This document shows, piece after piece, positions 50,435 through 60,052 of a stretch of DNA of 64,000 bases. The position numbers were made by a program, and so were the translations under genes. Under the pieces are notes generated by a model, which saw only the letters and a program-made list of their open reading frames with translations, was not told the origin of the DNA and did not search any database. Numbering within the stretch: position 1 is the stretch's first letter; each line of letters starts with the position of its first letter. This DNA comes from Clostridia bacterium (GTDB lineage: Bacteria > Bacillota > Clostridia > UBA1212 > DUPL01), in the NCBI GenBank assembly GCA_050951325.1, contig JBMNIW010000001.1, positions 96,001-160,000 of the forward strand, in the 5' to 3' direction.

Positions 50435-50593
50435 GCTTCTTCCCCCTTTTTTAGCTATTATCTCCAACCAGAGGAAAAAACATGCCTTAATCAACCAATT
50501 ATGTCTTTTGAATTATACACTTGATAATTCCCCTCTTCTCCATTTTCGCATCATATTGCACACTCTTTTCAAATGCCAGCACAATTTGTTACT

Positions 50594-51296
50594 TTACAAC
50601 TTTGTAGAAGTTCTTGCCATTACCCTATAATTCACCGGACATATGCCAAGTTTCTGCTTGAAAAGCCTTGAAAAATAGAAAGGATCAGAATATCCGCACA
50701 AATATGCTATCTCACTTACCGACATGTCAGAATACTGTAGTTTTTCACAAGCAATCTCGAGTTTCCTTTGAATAATGAAAAACATAGGACTTTTTCCAAA
50801 GGTTTTAGTAAAACTGCGCCTGAAGGTGGATAACGACATATTCATTACAGCTGCAAGTTCACTTACACTAATGCTCCTTGCAATATTCCTATTTATATAC
50901 TCAATTGCAGGCATCATGTATTCAGTATTATCAGGATAATTTATATCACTTGCACTGTCTTTTAGTGCTTCATACAGCATATCAAGCGCAAGACTCTGCA
51001 CCTTTATTTGCAATGCCAAAGATTCGTCTTTTGAAAAATCCGCAAGTTTGGCACATATTTCACCTAAGATTTTCGCTTTTTCATCTTTGTATTTAAAGGG
51101 AATACTGCACAAGGACAGAAAATCAAAAAACTTGTTGTAAGTATATGAGATATGCGCCCAGCTCAATTTGCTCCACTCCGTCACCTTTATATGATGCTTG
51201 ACATAAGGTTTGATCCAGAAAGCATCTGTCCTTTATCCCATGCTCCCCTATTTCCTCTCCATTTTTTCCAATTATCCACCGTGGTTCCAATCCCAT
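50594..51296 (-). pseudogene. AraC-family regulator, N-terminus truncated or frameshifted
   Basis: HTH GYSDPFYFSRLFKQ. The frame extends upstream of 51184 as DAFWIKPYVKH (cupin) and then hits TAA; an ATG at 51296 lies one base out of frame. Confidence 0.55.
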
Positions 51297-51301
51297 CGTA
51301 T

Positions 51302-54300
51302 TCAGCTTCCTTCTCTCTTCTTTCTCCTGATATAATGCACAGCTGTGCCGGCCACCACCAAAAGTCCCAAAGCAAGAAGCAAAGGCAAAGTGAAAAACTT
51401 ATCTTTGACATCAGGATTAACAAGTTCCTCCTGTGCAATTTCTTCTCTGAACAACAAGGATACAACCTGATATTTTGCATGATTCCACGTTTTTACGCCA
51501 TCCACTTCAACAGGCTCAATTGTTATCCTGATTCTGTCCTTTCCCTTTGTATACTTTTCTGGAATCTGAAAGGAATCATCAAGCCACTGGTAATATGGGT
51601 TGTTGTCTGCATAGTACCACTTCGCCTCTTCAACCAAAACATCATCCACATATATATTGGCACAGTGTCTTCCAACTTGCTGGGAGGACGTCCTGTTTAA
51701 AATAACACCTCTATTGTTTTTATCAATGTTTACATAAAAAGATATCCTGCCGTTGAAATCAACATGTATCAACCCTTCTTTGCTATCCGTGTTTATACCG
51801 TTGGCATAGGCGGAATAAACAGTTTTAGTGTCATAGCTTCCTGTAACAGTATAATCATGCTTGTCAAGGGATTCTTTGTCCGAAACATCGATTTCGTCCG
51901 TAACCACATATGCCTCCATGCTTTCAGGCAACATGTATAAAAAGATTTGTCCTGAATGACAGCCAAGCCCCTCGTTGGCACCCCCGTGTTCCAGTTCAAA
52001 TCTAATGGACTGTTTGAAGTAGTATGAATCTCCCAGCATGAGCCTCACCATGGACCAATAGGAGTTGGAGTTGTATGCTCCATTGTATCCGCTGAAGGGA
52101 TTTGCTTGCGGTGGTGTTACGAATCCCCACCCGTAGGAAGCCCAGCTTTCAGAGCCGTCACTTTCAATTTCGGGAGACTTGCGTCCATCAATGAATACCC
52201 TAACATCACCTTCGCACCCATTCATGATACCGTACCCGGACATAACACCATAAACCATGTGCCCCGAGCCTTCCACATTTGCAATTACACTGTTTTTTCC
52301 CTGTACATTCTCTGTTTTGGGATAGTACTCAGAGGAGACAAAATAGCCAGTTTTCTGTTTGTCATACCGGCATACCGAACTGGGAGTAAAACCAATCTCA
52401 GCCCAATGTATATCAATATCCCTCATACTGCTGTTATTGAGCTCCACCACCGCCCTTTCCCAAAAAGGCATTGGGAAGTAATTGTAACACTTAAGATATT
52501 CCCCTAGTTTAAGACTCATTCCAAGCATGAGGTGATGGTTTTCACAACCAGACAGGTTGTATTGATTGCCAAAGAAAGTTCCAATTGGAGCTGACACATC
52601 ACTTTCCTCATGTCCATCCCAATATATTCTAATCCAAAGATCTTTAAGAACACTGTGAGTTACATTCTCACCTGCAAGGTACAATTTAATAGAAGCAATT
52701 GAACCTTCAGCTTTTTTGTCAAAAATCTTTACAGACTCACCCGCATTAATGGTCAAGCCCTTTATTTCCCTGTATTCATTTTTCTCTGAATACTTTGGAT
52801 CGTGTGTATGGTTTTCAGCCATGTTTTTAAGCTTTTCAACACCTATCTCCCTTTTATATACGTTATATGTATCATATTTCACATATGTTATATGACCCCA
52901 GCCACCTTCACCTTTGGCTTTATCATGCCCTTCAAGCTTGATATCCGATGTTACCTTGCAATACTTCTTGAACTCCATAGGTATAAAGCTTCTGACAACC
53001 CAGATGGGTCCTCTTCCTCCGTCTTCCGGCCCCTCATAAATATCTGCAAGCGGCTTGACAAACGGCTCTTTCCTACCAAACTCACTCAGCTTTATCTCAT
53101 ACCTGGGCTCTTTTTCATCATCGAAATAGAATCTGAAAGTAGGTTCCGGACTTGTAGGGTATCTATGCTGTGTGAAATTGTACAAGCAGCCAGGTCCATA
53201 CGTCTCCATAAGAACCCATTCTCCCTTTTCGTCCTGATACATGCCCCAGTCCCAGTCTGCATTATCGCCTGCTTTGGAAATACTGCCTTCATAATTCACC
53301 ATTGCTGAAAAATCCACAAGAGGCAAGGCCTGTGGATATACAAGTCTTGAAATCCCCCTCAACGGTACTGTTGGTTGAAACTCGTCAGGCTTGCAACCAT
53401 TTCCTTCAACATGAAACTCCTCAGGCAACAAAATCTCAACTTCAATATCCTTCGGCAATATTTTCCGTATCTCGGAAACATCAAGTGGATAATTGTATAT
53501 AGTTAAATCTTCAATATAGCCTTCATAAGGAAAAGTTCCATCAATCAAAGCACCAATACTGGCATCCATTACAGAATCGCTGACATGTCCCGAGACAAAG
53601 GATCCGGACTTGACTTTTCCATCCACATAAAACATTAAAATTTCTCCATCATAAACAACAGCAAAATGATGCTTCTTTCCATCGGCAATGTTAACACCTG
53701 AATAGACGGAGGAATTGAAGTTCATCTCAGGAGCGTAAAAAGCAAGCTCTCCGTTATTGAGCCAGACTTCATAATGCCCGTTTATTTTATCTCCTTTTGC
53801 AAATATAACGGCTATACCGTCTTTTTGACTCGTTCTAACAACTCCCGTTATTGAAAAGGAAGAACCAATATTGACATCAAAATTGCTGACAATATGTCTT
53901 CCATTATCAGTCCTCTTTAAATCAAGGCCTTCATCTGCCAAAGTAACAAGCATAGTATTCATACCCTCCTCCTGCCATTCCTGTTTCCTTAAATTATACA
54001 ACTCATCAATCTGGCTTTCTGTCAAAACCTCATTGTAAAAGGCCAGATTTCTTAATTTTCCATTGTACTGATAAGTTCCATCATTAAGCCGTTTGAATGT
54101 AAGTTTTGCTGGAATATTCGATATTGTCCCCGATACTTGTAATTCTTTTAAGACTTCACCATTGTCATAAAACTTGAATATGCCATCACCATACACAACG
54201 GTAATATTATGCCATTTTCCATCGTTGACATAATGACCTGAGTATATGGCATCACCATTATTCAACTCCGGTGCATAGAATGCAAGCTCACCGTTATAAA

Positions 54301-54571
54301 GCCAAACCTCAAAATGGCCTTCCGCTTTATCATTCTTGGCAAACAGCACCTGGCAGTAATTATCCTGCGGACTTCCTGCCGATGTAGTCTGCATGTCAAA
54401 ATTAATGGAAAACCTGTCGCCTGGTGTATAAACAAAGTCTTCAACATCTTCCAGGCGTTCTTTAAAGAAAAAAGATGTATCAGGCAGAGTTAATGCAACA
54501 AACAGTAGTATAAAACACAGTCTTTTTATGCAAATGTAAATATGGTCTAAAAACATGGACAAATCGCTCAA
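51302..54571 (-). CDS. Surface protein: two LamG/ConA-like domains plus DUF2961 (GH172-like) and C-terminal TM
   Basis: Duplicated AK.DK..GH.EVWL.NGELAFYAPE; IRIYWDG..SDVSAPIGTFFG, YFPMPF, CEGDVRVFIDG, GSE; start uncertain. Confidence 0.75.
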   Translation of the reverse strand: MSDLSMFLDHIYICIKRLCFILLFVALTLPDTSFFFKERLEDVEDFVYTPGDRFSINFDMQTTSAGSPQDNYCQVLFAKNDKAEGHFEVWLYNGELAFYAPELNNGDAIYSGHYVNDGKWHNITVVYGDGIFKFYDNGEVLKELQVSGTISNIPAKLTFKRLNDGTYQYNGKLRNLAFYNEVLTESQIDELYNLRKQEWQEEGMNTMLVTLADEGLDLKRTDNGRHIVSNFDVNIGSSFSITGVVRTSQKDGIAVIFAKGDKINGHYEVWLNNGELAFYAPEMNFNSSVYSGVNIADGKKHHFAVVYDGEILMFYVDGKVKSGSFVSGHVSDSVMDASIGALIDGTFPYEGYIEDLTIYNYPLDVSEIRKILPKDIEVEILLPEEFHVEGNGCKPDEFQPTVPLRGISRLVYPQALPLVDFSAMVNYEGSISKAGDNADWDWGMYQDEKGEWVLMETYGPGCLYNFTQHRYPTSPEPTFRFYFDDEKEPRYEIKLSEFGRKEPFVKPLADIYEGPEDGGRGPIWVVRSFIPMEFKKYCKVTSDIKLEGHDKAKGEGGWGHITYVKYDTYNVYKREIGVEKLKNMAENHTHDPKYSEKNEYREIKGLTINAGESVKIFDKKAEGSIASIKLYLAGENVTHSVLKDLWIRIYWDGHEESDVSAPIGTFFGNQYNLSGCENHHLMLGMSLKLGEYLKCYNYFPMPFWERAVVELNNSSMRDIDIHWAEIGFTPSSVCRYDKQKTGYFVSSEYYPKTENVQGKNSVIANVEGSGHMVYGVMSGYGIMNGCEGDVRVFIDGRKSPEIESDGSESWASYGWGFVTPPQANPFSGYNGAYNSNSYWSMVRLMLGDSYYFKQSIRFELEHGGANEGLGCHSGQIFLYMLPESMEAYVVTDEIDVSDKESLDKHDYTVTGSYDTKTVYSAYANGINTDSKEGLIHVDFNGRISFYVNIDKNNRGVILNRTSSQQVGRHCANIYVDDVLVEEAKWYYADNNPYYQWLDDSFQIPEKYTKGKDRIRITIEPVEVDGVKTWNHAKYQVVSLLFREEIAQEELVNPDVKDKFFTLPLLLALGLLVVAGTAVHYIRRKKREGS

Positions 54572-54574
54572 GTA

Positions 54575-56524
54575 CTACTCTTTGGATATGAATAGGACCG
54601 CAGCCATTCTCTTTTCAGGGAGAGTGATTGTAAAGCCTTCTGCCAAGTCGCTTCCCTTGACACTTTTGGCAGAATTCCTGCCATCCATATCAATAACGGT
54701 GTAATATTTGTCCATTTCAACACCTCTAACCCTTATCGTTACTGATTCGTCTTCACACCTTTCCTGTCTGAAGGCCTGAATTACACCTTCCTGGGTAGTC
54801 GGATTAATGAACATATATACTGTCCACTTGTCGGTTTCATGCTCTGGATGCCATGGTGTAAGCACATAAAAATCATCGTAGAAATACTTTTTAACCTGCA
54901 GCCATTCATTTTGCGCCTGCCTTAACGTATCATAATCCAGGTCCTTGTCCTGTGTATATTCAAATCCGTAGTTGAGTATGGGGAGGTAGGAAGCCCTTAA
55001 AACATAAATATCAGGCTTTCCGGCGGTCAATTGCTCTGTAGTTTCCTTGGTTGAAGCTCCACAGCAGGGTATCCACTGCATGAAGGACGTGGTCATGGCA
55101 AGTCTCAAACCTGTACTTGTTCTGTCGCTGTCGCTTCTTAGAAAAGGCACTGCCCTTCTCATGGACTCAAGATCATTGCGGCCTCCTCCACTGGCACAGG
55201 AGTCAATGAAAGGAAGCTTGTTTGCTCTTTTGCAGTAAGTGATAATATTGTCCCACAACCTGTAGTGACCTTGTATGTATAGATTTTCGGTAATTCCGTG
55301 TCTTTGTCCTTCTTCTTTGCCATCTCCCACAGCCCACAGGCCTGCAGGATCGCAGTTGAAGTCCTCTCTGTACATATGCACGCCATGCTCATCCATCGTG
55401 CCAGTTATTCTGTCTGTCAAATATTCAACACATTCCGGCAATGCAAGGTTTGCCAACATAACAGGGCCGCCGTTTGCCAATATCCATTCCTTTTTGAATC
55501 CATGATTCTTTGAAAGAGCTTCCACATTCGTTACCCTTTCAGGCTCGAACCACATCATGGTCTTTGCTCCTCGTTCATCTGCGTATTCAATGGACTCTCT
55601 GAAACTATCTCCCGGCCATTTTTCCCTATCAAGAATCCAGGTACCCACAGTACCCCACCAGTCCGTTGGCACCGAATTATTCTCAGGGTCTACGTACCAG
55701 CCCGCATCCACCCATCTAATATCCATATGCAGTCCTTCTGCGTAATATTTTTCCATGGAGGGTTTCCAGCTGCCGTAATATTCGGATATGCTGCCATCAC
55801 TGTTCGGCCTTCCCGTATCAAGAGCAAGCCAGTTCGTAATCATAGGCTTTACAGGCGGCATATTGTATTTTACAAACCATCTGCGCCACAAATTCATTGC
55901 CTTTTCCGTATCTCTAACGATATCCGACGACATTGTCAAAACAAGAGGAGTCCTTATCTTCTCACCTGGTTTTAGATATGTACAAAGGTTGTTAACTCCC
56001 TTGGCAATGAATCTTGCTCCTTCGTCTTCATATCGAAAACTTGCCGACCAGGTGCCTGCCCAACCAAGAGCCATGAAGTTCGAACCATTATCCGTCTCCA
56101 GCAAAAAGTATGGAAAGACAACATGGGTGGCTCTCCCCGTTTCCTGTTTGAAACTTGCCTCTTCCTCTTTAAGATTGATTTTATATGGTTTGTACTGGTG
56201 TATATGGTCTCCCAGTATTCCTTTCAATACAGGATTTCCACCCTGTATTTTCATGTCAGCACAGAAAAGTTCGGAGAACACTTTTGTATTTGCATCACCC
56301 TTGTTCTCAAACCAGACAGTGTAGCCAAAAGCATTGAATTCCTTGTTGTATTCTGTTTGCACAACAATATCGATGTTGTCCAAAAACCTAAATACATACT
56401 CTTCATATACAACATTGTCAACAATACTTCCTTTTTCCGAAATCAAATCAAAGTCATCAACTCCAAAATATTGATTGCCATCATATTTAAAGCTTGTCTT
56501 GACATCCGAAAGTCCCTTTTTCAT
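54575..56524 (-). CDS. GH36-like alpha-galactosidase (cytoplasmic)
   Basis: WVDAGWY, WFEPERV, YREDFN, DSCASGGGRND, RSD; ATG at 56524 after GGAGG. Confidence 0.85.
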   Translation of the reverse strand: MKKGLSDVKTSFKYDGNQYFGVDDFDLISEKGSIVDNVVYEEYVFRFLDNIDIVVQTEYNKEFNAFGYTVWFENKGDANTKVFSELFCADMKIQGGNPVLKGILGDHIHQYKPYKINLKEEEASFKQETGRATHVVFPYFLLETDNGSNFMALGWAGTWSASFRYEDEGARFIAKGVNNLCTYLKPGEKIRTPLVLTMSSDIVRDTEKAMNLWRRWFVKYNMPPVKPMITNWLALDTGRPNSDGSISEYYGSWKPSMEKYYAEGLHMDIRWVDAGWYVDPENNSVPTDWWGTVGTWILDREKWPGDSFRESIEYADERGAKTMMWFEPERVTNVEALSKNHGFKKEWILANGGPVMLANLALPECVEYLTDRITGTMDEHGVHMYREDFNCDPAGLWAVGDGKEEGQRHGITENLYIQGHYRLWDNIITYCKRANKLPFIDSCASGGGRNDLESMRRAVPFLRSDSDRTSTGLRLAMTTSFMQWIPCCGASTKETTEQLTAGKPDIYVLRASYLPILNYGFEYTQDKDLDYDTLRQAQNEWLQVKKYFYDDFYVLTPWHPEHETDKWTVYMFINPTTQEGVIQAFRQERCEDESVTIRVRGVEMDKYYTVIDMDGRNSAKSVKGSDLAEGFTITLPEKRMAAVLFISKE

Positions 56525-56722
56525 TTTTCTTCCTCCTACATTTTGCTGCAGTAATTGTACCATACATGTTCCGAAAAGTATAACGAATATTATGTCCTTT
56601 CCAAAATTTATAATGAAATAAAAAGAGGGGTATGTATAATGTAAATACTGTGATAAAATAAACACAATGGATTAAGTTGCACTGAAAACTGATTTTGATA
56701 ACCAGAATTATGGAGGGAAACC

Positions 56723-58987
56723 ATGATAAGAATAATAATTAGACTTACCAGCCTGTTTCTTTTGTCCGCTTGTCTTGCTTCCTTCATTGGGTGCGGGAAG
56801 ATAACAAGCCCGATAGATAAAAGGAGTATTGCATTAATTGACAACAATGTAAAGTATGATCCAGAGGTGATACCAATAGATTGGAGCAAGTTTGATATTA
56901 AACCATTGACAGAAGAGCTGGCGGATGGAACAATATATCTAATCAGAAATGGAACCAAGTACATAGTTAATGACTGGTGGAACAGAGTTTGGAGATTCAG
57001 CCTGCAGGATTCAAAAGAATACCTTGCAATGACCGGCAGAAACGAACATGACATAAGGCCTTTGACGCATATGGCGCTTACCTTGTCTTCCAGCATTGCC
57101 TTAGGAATATATGATGAATCTGTGACAGGAGTTTCAAAGGAAAATGCCAAAAACATGGCGATGAAACTTACAAAATCCGTTGCAAAAGCTCACTACTCAA
57201 ATACAGAGGGCGGTTGGGGCAATGCCTGGCAGAGTGCTTTATGGGCATTCGATGTTGCCCTGGCAGGTTGGCTGTTTTGGGAGGAATTTAGCGAAAAGGA
57301 TCGTGAATATATTCAAAACTGCGTAGTAACGGAAGCAAACAGATTTATTGAATATACAGTGCCCTACTACAGGGATAAAAGTGGGAAAATAAGATTTCCT
57401 GGCGACTCAAAGGCTGAAGAAAACGCATGGAATTCAAATATTTTGTCAATTGCCTGCGCCATGATGCCAAACCATGAAAACTACAACGCCTGGATGTACA
57501 AGAATGTGGAACTTATGCTTTCAGCCTTCGCAAGGCCAAGTGACGCAGACTCATCAAAAACCGTGAGCGGTTTTGTTCTTAAGTACCTGCTGGAAGGTTC
57601 AAATGTAAATGAAGATGGAACTGTAATCAACCACAACATAGTGCATCCGGATTACCAGGCCACGGTAGCTCTCAATCTTTTGAACGGGATTAGCTTTGCG
57701 CTGGCAAATACAAAAATACCTGAAGCTGTTGTCTTCAATGGAGATGTGATCTATGAGACCTTTGTAAACCTTGACCTTAAAGATATAAACAATAGCATGG
57801 CAAGTCAGTACATATACAAAAGGAAGAATGACGGAAGCGCATCCCATGAAATAAACTATCCGAATGGAACAGACTGGGGTACAGACAGGCAGATATGTTT
57901 CTTCCTGGTGGATGTCTTTGCCGATGCACTGAATCTTGACAAAAACTGTAAGATCAAGGCCAAAGACTTTGCACTGGCAAGACTTCCTGTTATGAAGGCA
58001 ATGCAGGACAGAAATGACAACGGCCAATACTACACCGCCTCAGACAGCGACAAGTACAAGAGTCGTGAGGAATGGGTCATGTGGCATGCTACCTTGTCCT
58101 ACATGGCATTGTGGGTAAAAGAAAACAATCTGTTTGTTTTTGACAAGGAACTGCCCTTAAAACCCGCACCGCTTAATGAAGTTAAGCTTGAGATACCGCA
58201 TGTCCTGCAATCTGGCACCACAAGCAAGGCAACTTATTCACTGAATCCAGGATTGGTTATTCTTCCTGATGATTTGAAAATAGCATACTCATCCAGCGAC
58301 AAGGATATAGTATCCATAACGAATACTGGTACTGTATATGTAAAAAAGGAAGGAAAGGTCACAATTTCAATAACTGTCACATACAAGGACATAGTTGTTT
58401 CAGACAGCGTCGAAATAGAGGTGGTCAAAGACAAGAAACCCATTTACGACTTTGAGGACCTGCCGCTTGGCAACACCCTTCCTTTGGACTTTAGGTGGAA
58501 CAATGTGGGCAATGCGGAAGTTGTTCAGGAAGATAACGGAAACAAAGCACTAAGACTTTCAGGTGCTGGATACAACTACATTTTCATAGGTGATGATTTT
58601 GAAGAAGACTTTACTGTAACTTTTAGATTTAAGATGGAATCCCACCAGCAAAAAGGAGGGGCGCATCTTCTTTTCCGGGAAGATGACCTTTTGTTTACTG
58701 GACGTAATGGATACCAGTTCTGCATAGGCGACACAATGAATGGAGAATACGGACTTGAGCTTAGAAAACGCGATACCAGTCTTTCCGACAACAAGTATGC
58801 CGCCTGCGAGCTTGACTATGAGTGGCACGACTTTGAGATAAGCATGGTTGGAAACAAGGTAACATTAAAAATGGATGGAGAGGAAGCCATGACCCATACT
58901 CTGACAGGATTTGATAAAGGCTGCATTGCCATTGCATCTTATCTGGATACCGTACTGTTTGACGATATATTGATAACTCTGCATTAA
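56723..58987 (+). CDS. Lipoprotein: unknown helical catalytic-like domain, Ig-like (Big_2) and jelly-roll domain
   Basis: Lipobox FIGC; WQSALW, GDSKAEENAWN, NHNIVHPDY; YSSSDKDIVSI..G.V (Big_2). Confidence 0.65.
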   Translation: MIRIIIRLTSLFLLSACLASFIGCGKITSPIDKRSIALIDNNVKYDPEVIPIDWSKFDIKPLTEELADGTIYLIRNGTKYIVNDWWNRVWRFSLQDSKEYLAMTGRNEHDIRPLTHMALTLSSSIALGIYDESVTGVSKENAKNMAMKLTKSVAKAHYSNTEGGWGNAWQSALWAFDVALAGWLFWEEFSEKDREYIQNCVVTEANRFIEYTVPYYRDKSGKIRFPGDSKAEENAWNSNILSIACAMMPNHENYNAWMYKNVELMLSAFARPSDADSSKTVSGFVLKYLLEGSNVNEDGTVINHNIVHPDYQATVALNLLNGISFALANTKIPEAVVFNGDVIYETFVNLDLKDINNSMASQYIYKRKNDGSASHEINYPNGTDWGTDRQICFFLVDVFADALNLDKNCKIKAKDFALARLPVMKAMQDRNDNGQYYTASDSDKYKSREEWVMWHATLSYMALWVKENNLFVFDKELPLKPAPLNEVKLEIPHVLQSGTTSKATYSLNPGLVILPDDLKIAYSSSDKDIVSITNTGTVYVKKEGKVTISITVTYKDIVVSDSVEIEVVKDKKPIYDFEDLPLGNTLPLDFRWNNVGNAEVVQEDNGNKALRLSGAGYNYIFIGDDFEEDFTVTFRFKMESHQQKGGAHLLFREDDLLFTGRNGYQFCIGDTMNGEYGLELRKRDTSLSDNKYAACELDYEWHDFEISMVGNKVTLKMDGEEAMTHTLTGFDKGCIAIASYLDTVLFDDILITLH

Positions 58988-58990
58988 TAA

Positions 58991-59018
58991 AGCGGTGGGA
59001 AACCCACCGCCTTTTTTA
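58991..59018. terminator. Terminator between convergent genes
   Basis: GCGGTGG-GAAAC-CCACCGC-CTTTTTT. Confidence 0.75.
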
Positions 59019-59020
59019 TG

Positions 59021-59788
59021 TCATATTGCAGTCCATCCTCCATCTATAGACAGAAGCTGACCTGTTGTGTAGCTTGATGCATCGGAAGCAAAGTAAACAA
59101 TTGCACCATCAAGTTCTCCATCTCTTCCTGGCCTTCCCATGGGACAATACGTTTTTACAACCTGTGCAAAGCCTTCATCATTAAGAACATCATCCGTCAT
59201 TTCACTGGGGAAGTATGCAGGTCCTATCGCATTAACCGTGATGTTGTACTTTGCCCACTCATTTGCAAGAGCCTTTGTCATCATTTCAACTCCACCCTTT
59301 GAGGTGCAGTATGCACTGATTGGCAGCCCCGGCATGGCTACAGTGCTGTGTATCGATCCAACATTTATAATCTTTCCATACTTCTTCTCAATCATAACCT
59401 TGCCAACCTCGCGGGCAAAATAATATACGCCGTTTACATTGACATTCATTACCCACTCCCAAGTATCATCGGACTGGGTTTCCGCAGGTTCCGCAGCGCC
59501 AACACCAGCATTGTTCACAAGAATATCTATTGTTCCAAAGTAATCAACTATCTCTTTAACCGCAGCCTTGATTTCCTCTACATTGGAGACATCGCATTTT
59601 ACCGCCAGGCTTTTTACTCCCAATGCTTCTATCTCCTTCTTCACATCGTTCAGCCTTTCAACTCTCCTTGCAACCAAGGCAACATTTGCGCCCTGTCTTG
59701 CCAATGCTTTTGCAAACTGGACTCCCAGACCCGAAGAAGCTCCTGTAACGACTGCAACCTTGTTTGTCAAATCAAATAATCCTGCCAT
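59021..59788 (-). CDS. SDR-family oxidoreductase (gluconate 5-DH/glucose 1-DH-like)
   Basis: TGASSGLG, NNAG, YCTSK, DGG. Confidence 0.92.
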   Translation of the reverse strand: MAGLFDLTNKVAVVTGASSGLGVQFAKALARQGANVALVARRVERLNDVKKEIEALGVKSLAVKCDVSNVEEIKAAVKEIVDYFGTIDILVNNAGVGAAEPAETQSDDTWEWVMNVNVNGVYYFAREVGKVMIEKKYGKIINVGSIHSTVAMPGLPISAYCTSKGGVEMMTKALANEWAKYNITVNAIGPAYFPSEMTDDVLNDEGFAQVVKTYCPMGRPGRDGELDGAIVYFASDASSYTTGQLLSIDGGWTAI

Positions 59789-60052
59789 ATTATACTCTCC
59801 TTTTCATAAATATTACTTATATAATTTGTCCTAACTCCCTAATTTATGCCATCTCCTACAATTGTTATAGGAAATGACTTTGACAACATTTTAACAAAAT
59901 AATATATCCAGTGCAAATATTTTTAGTGAAGTTTTTATGAATTCAAAAAGAGTTCCGATTATTACACCCAAATTAATAAATATGGTTTAAAATTGGAAGA
60001 GTAACCACTTAATATAGTGTAAAATATTCGAAACAGCTTATGAGGTGAAACA

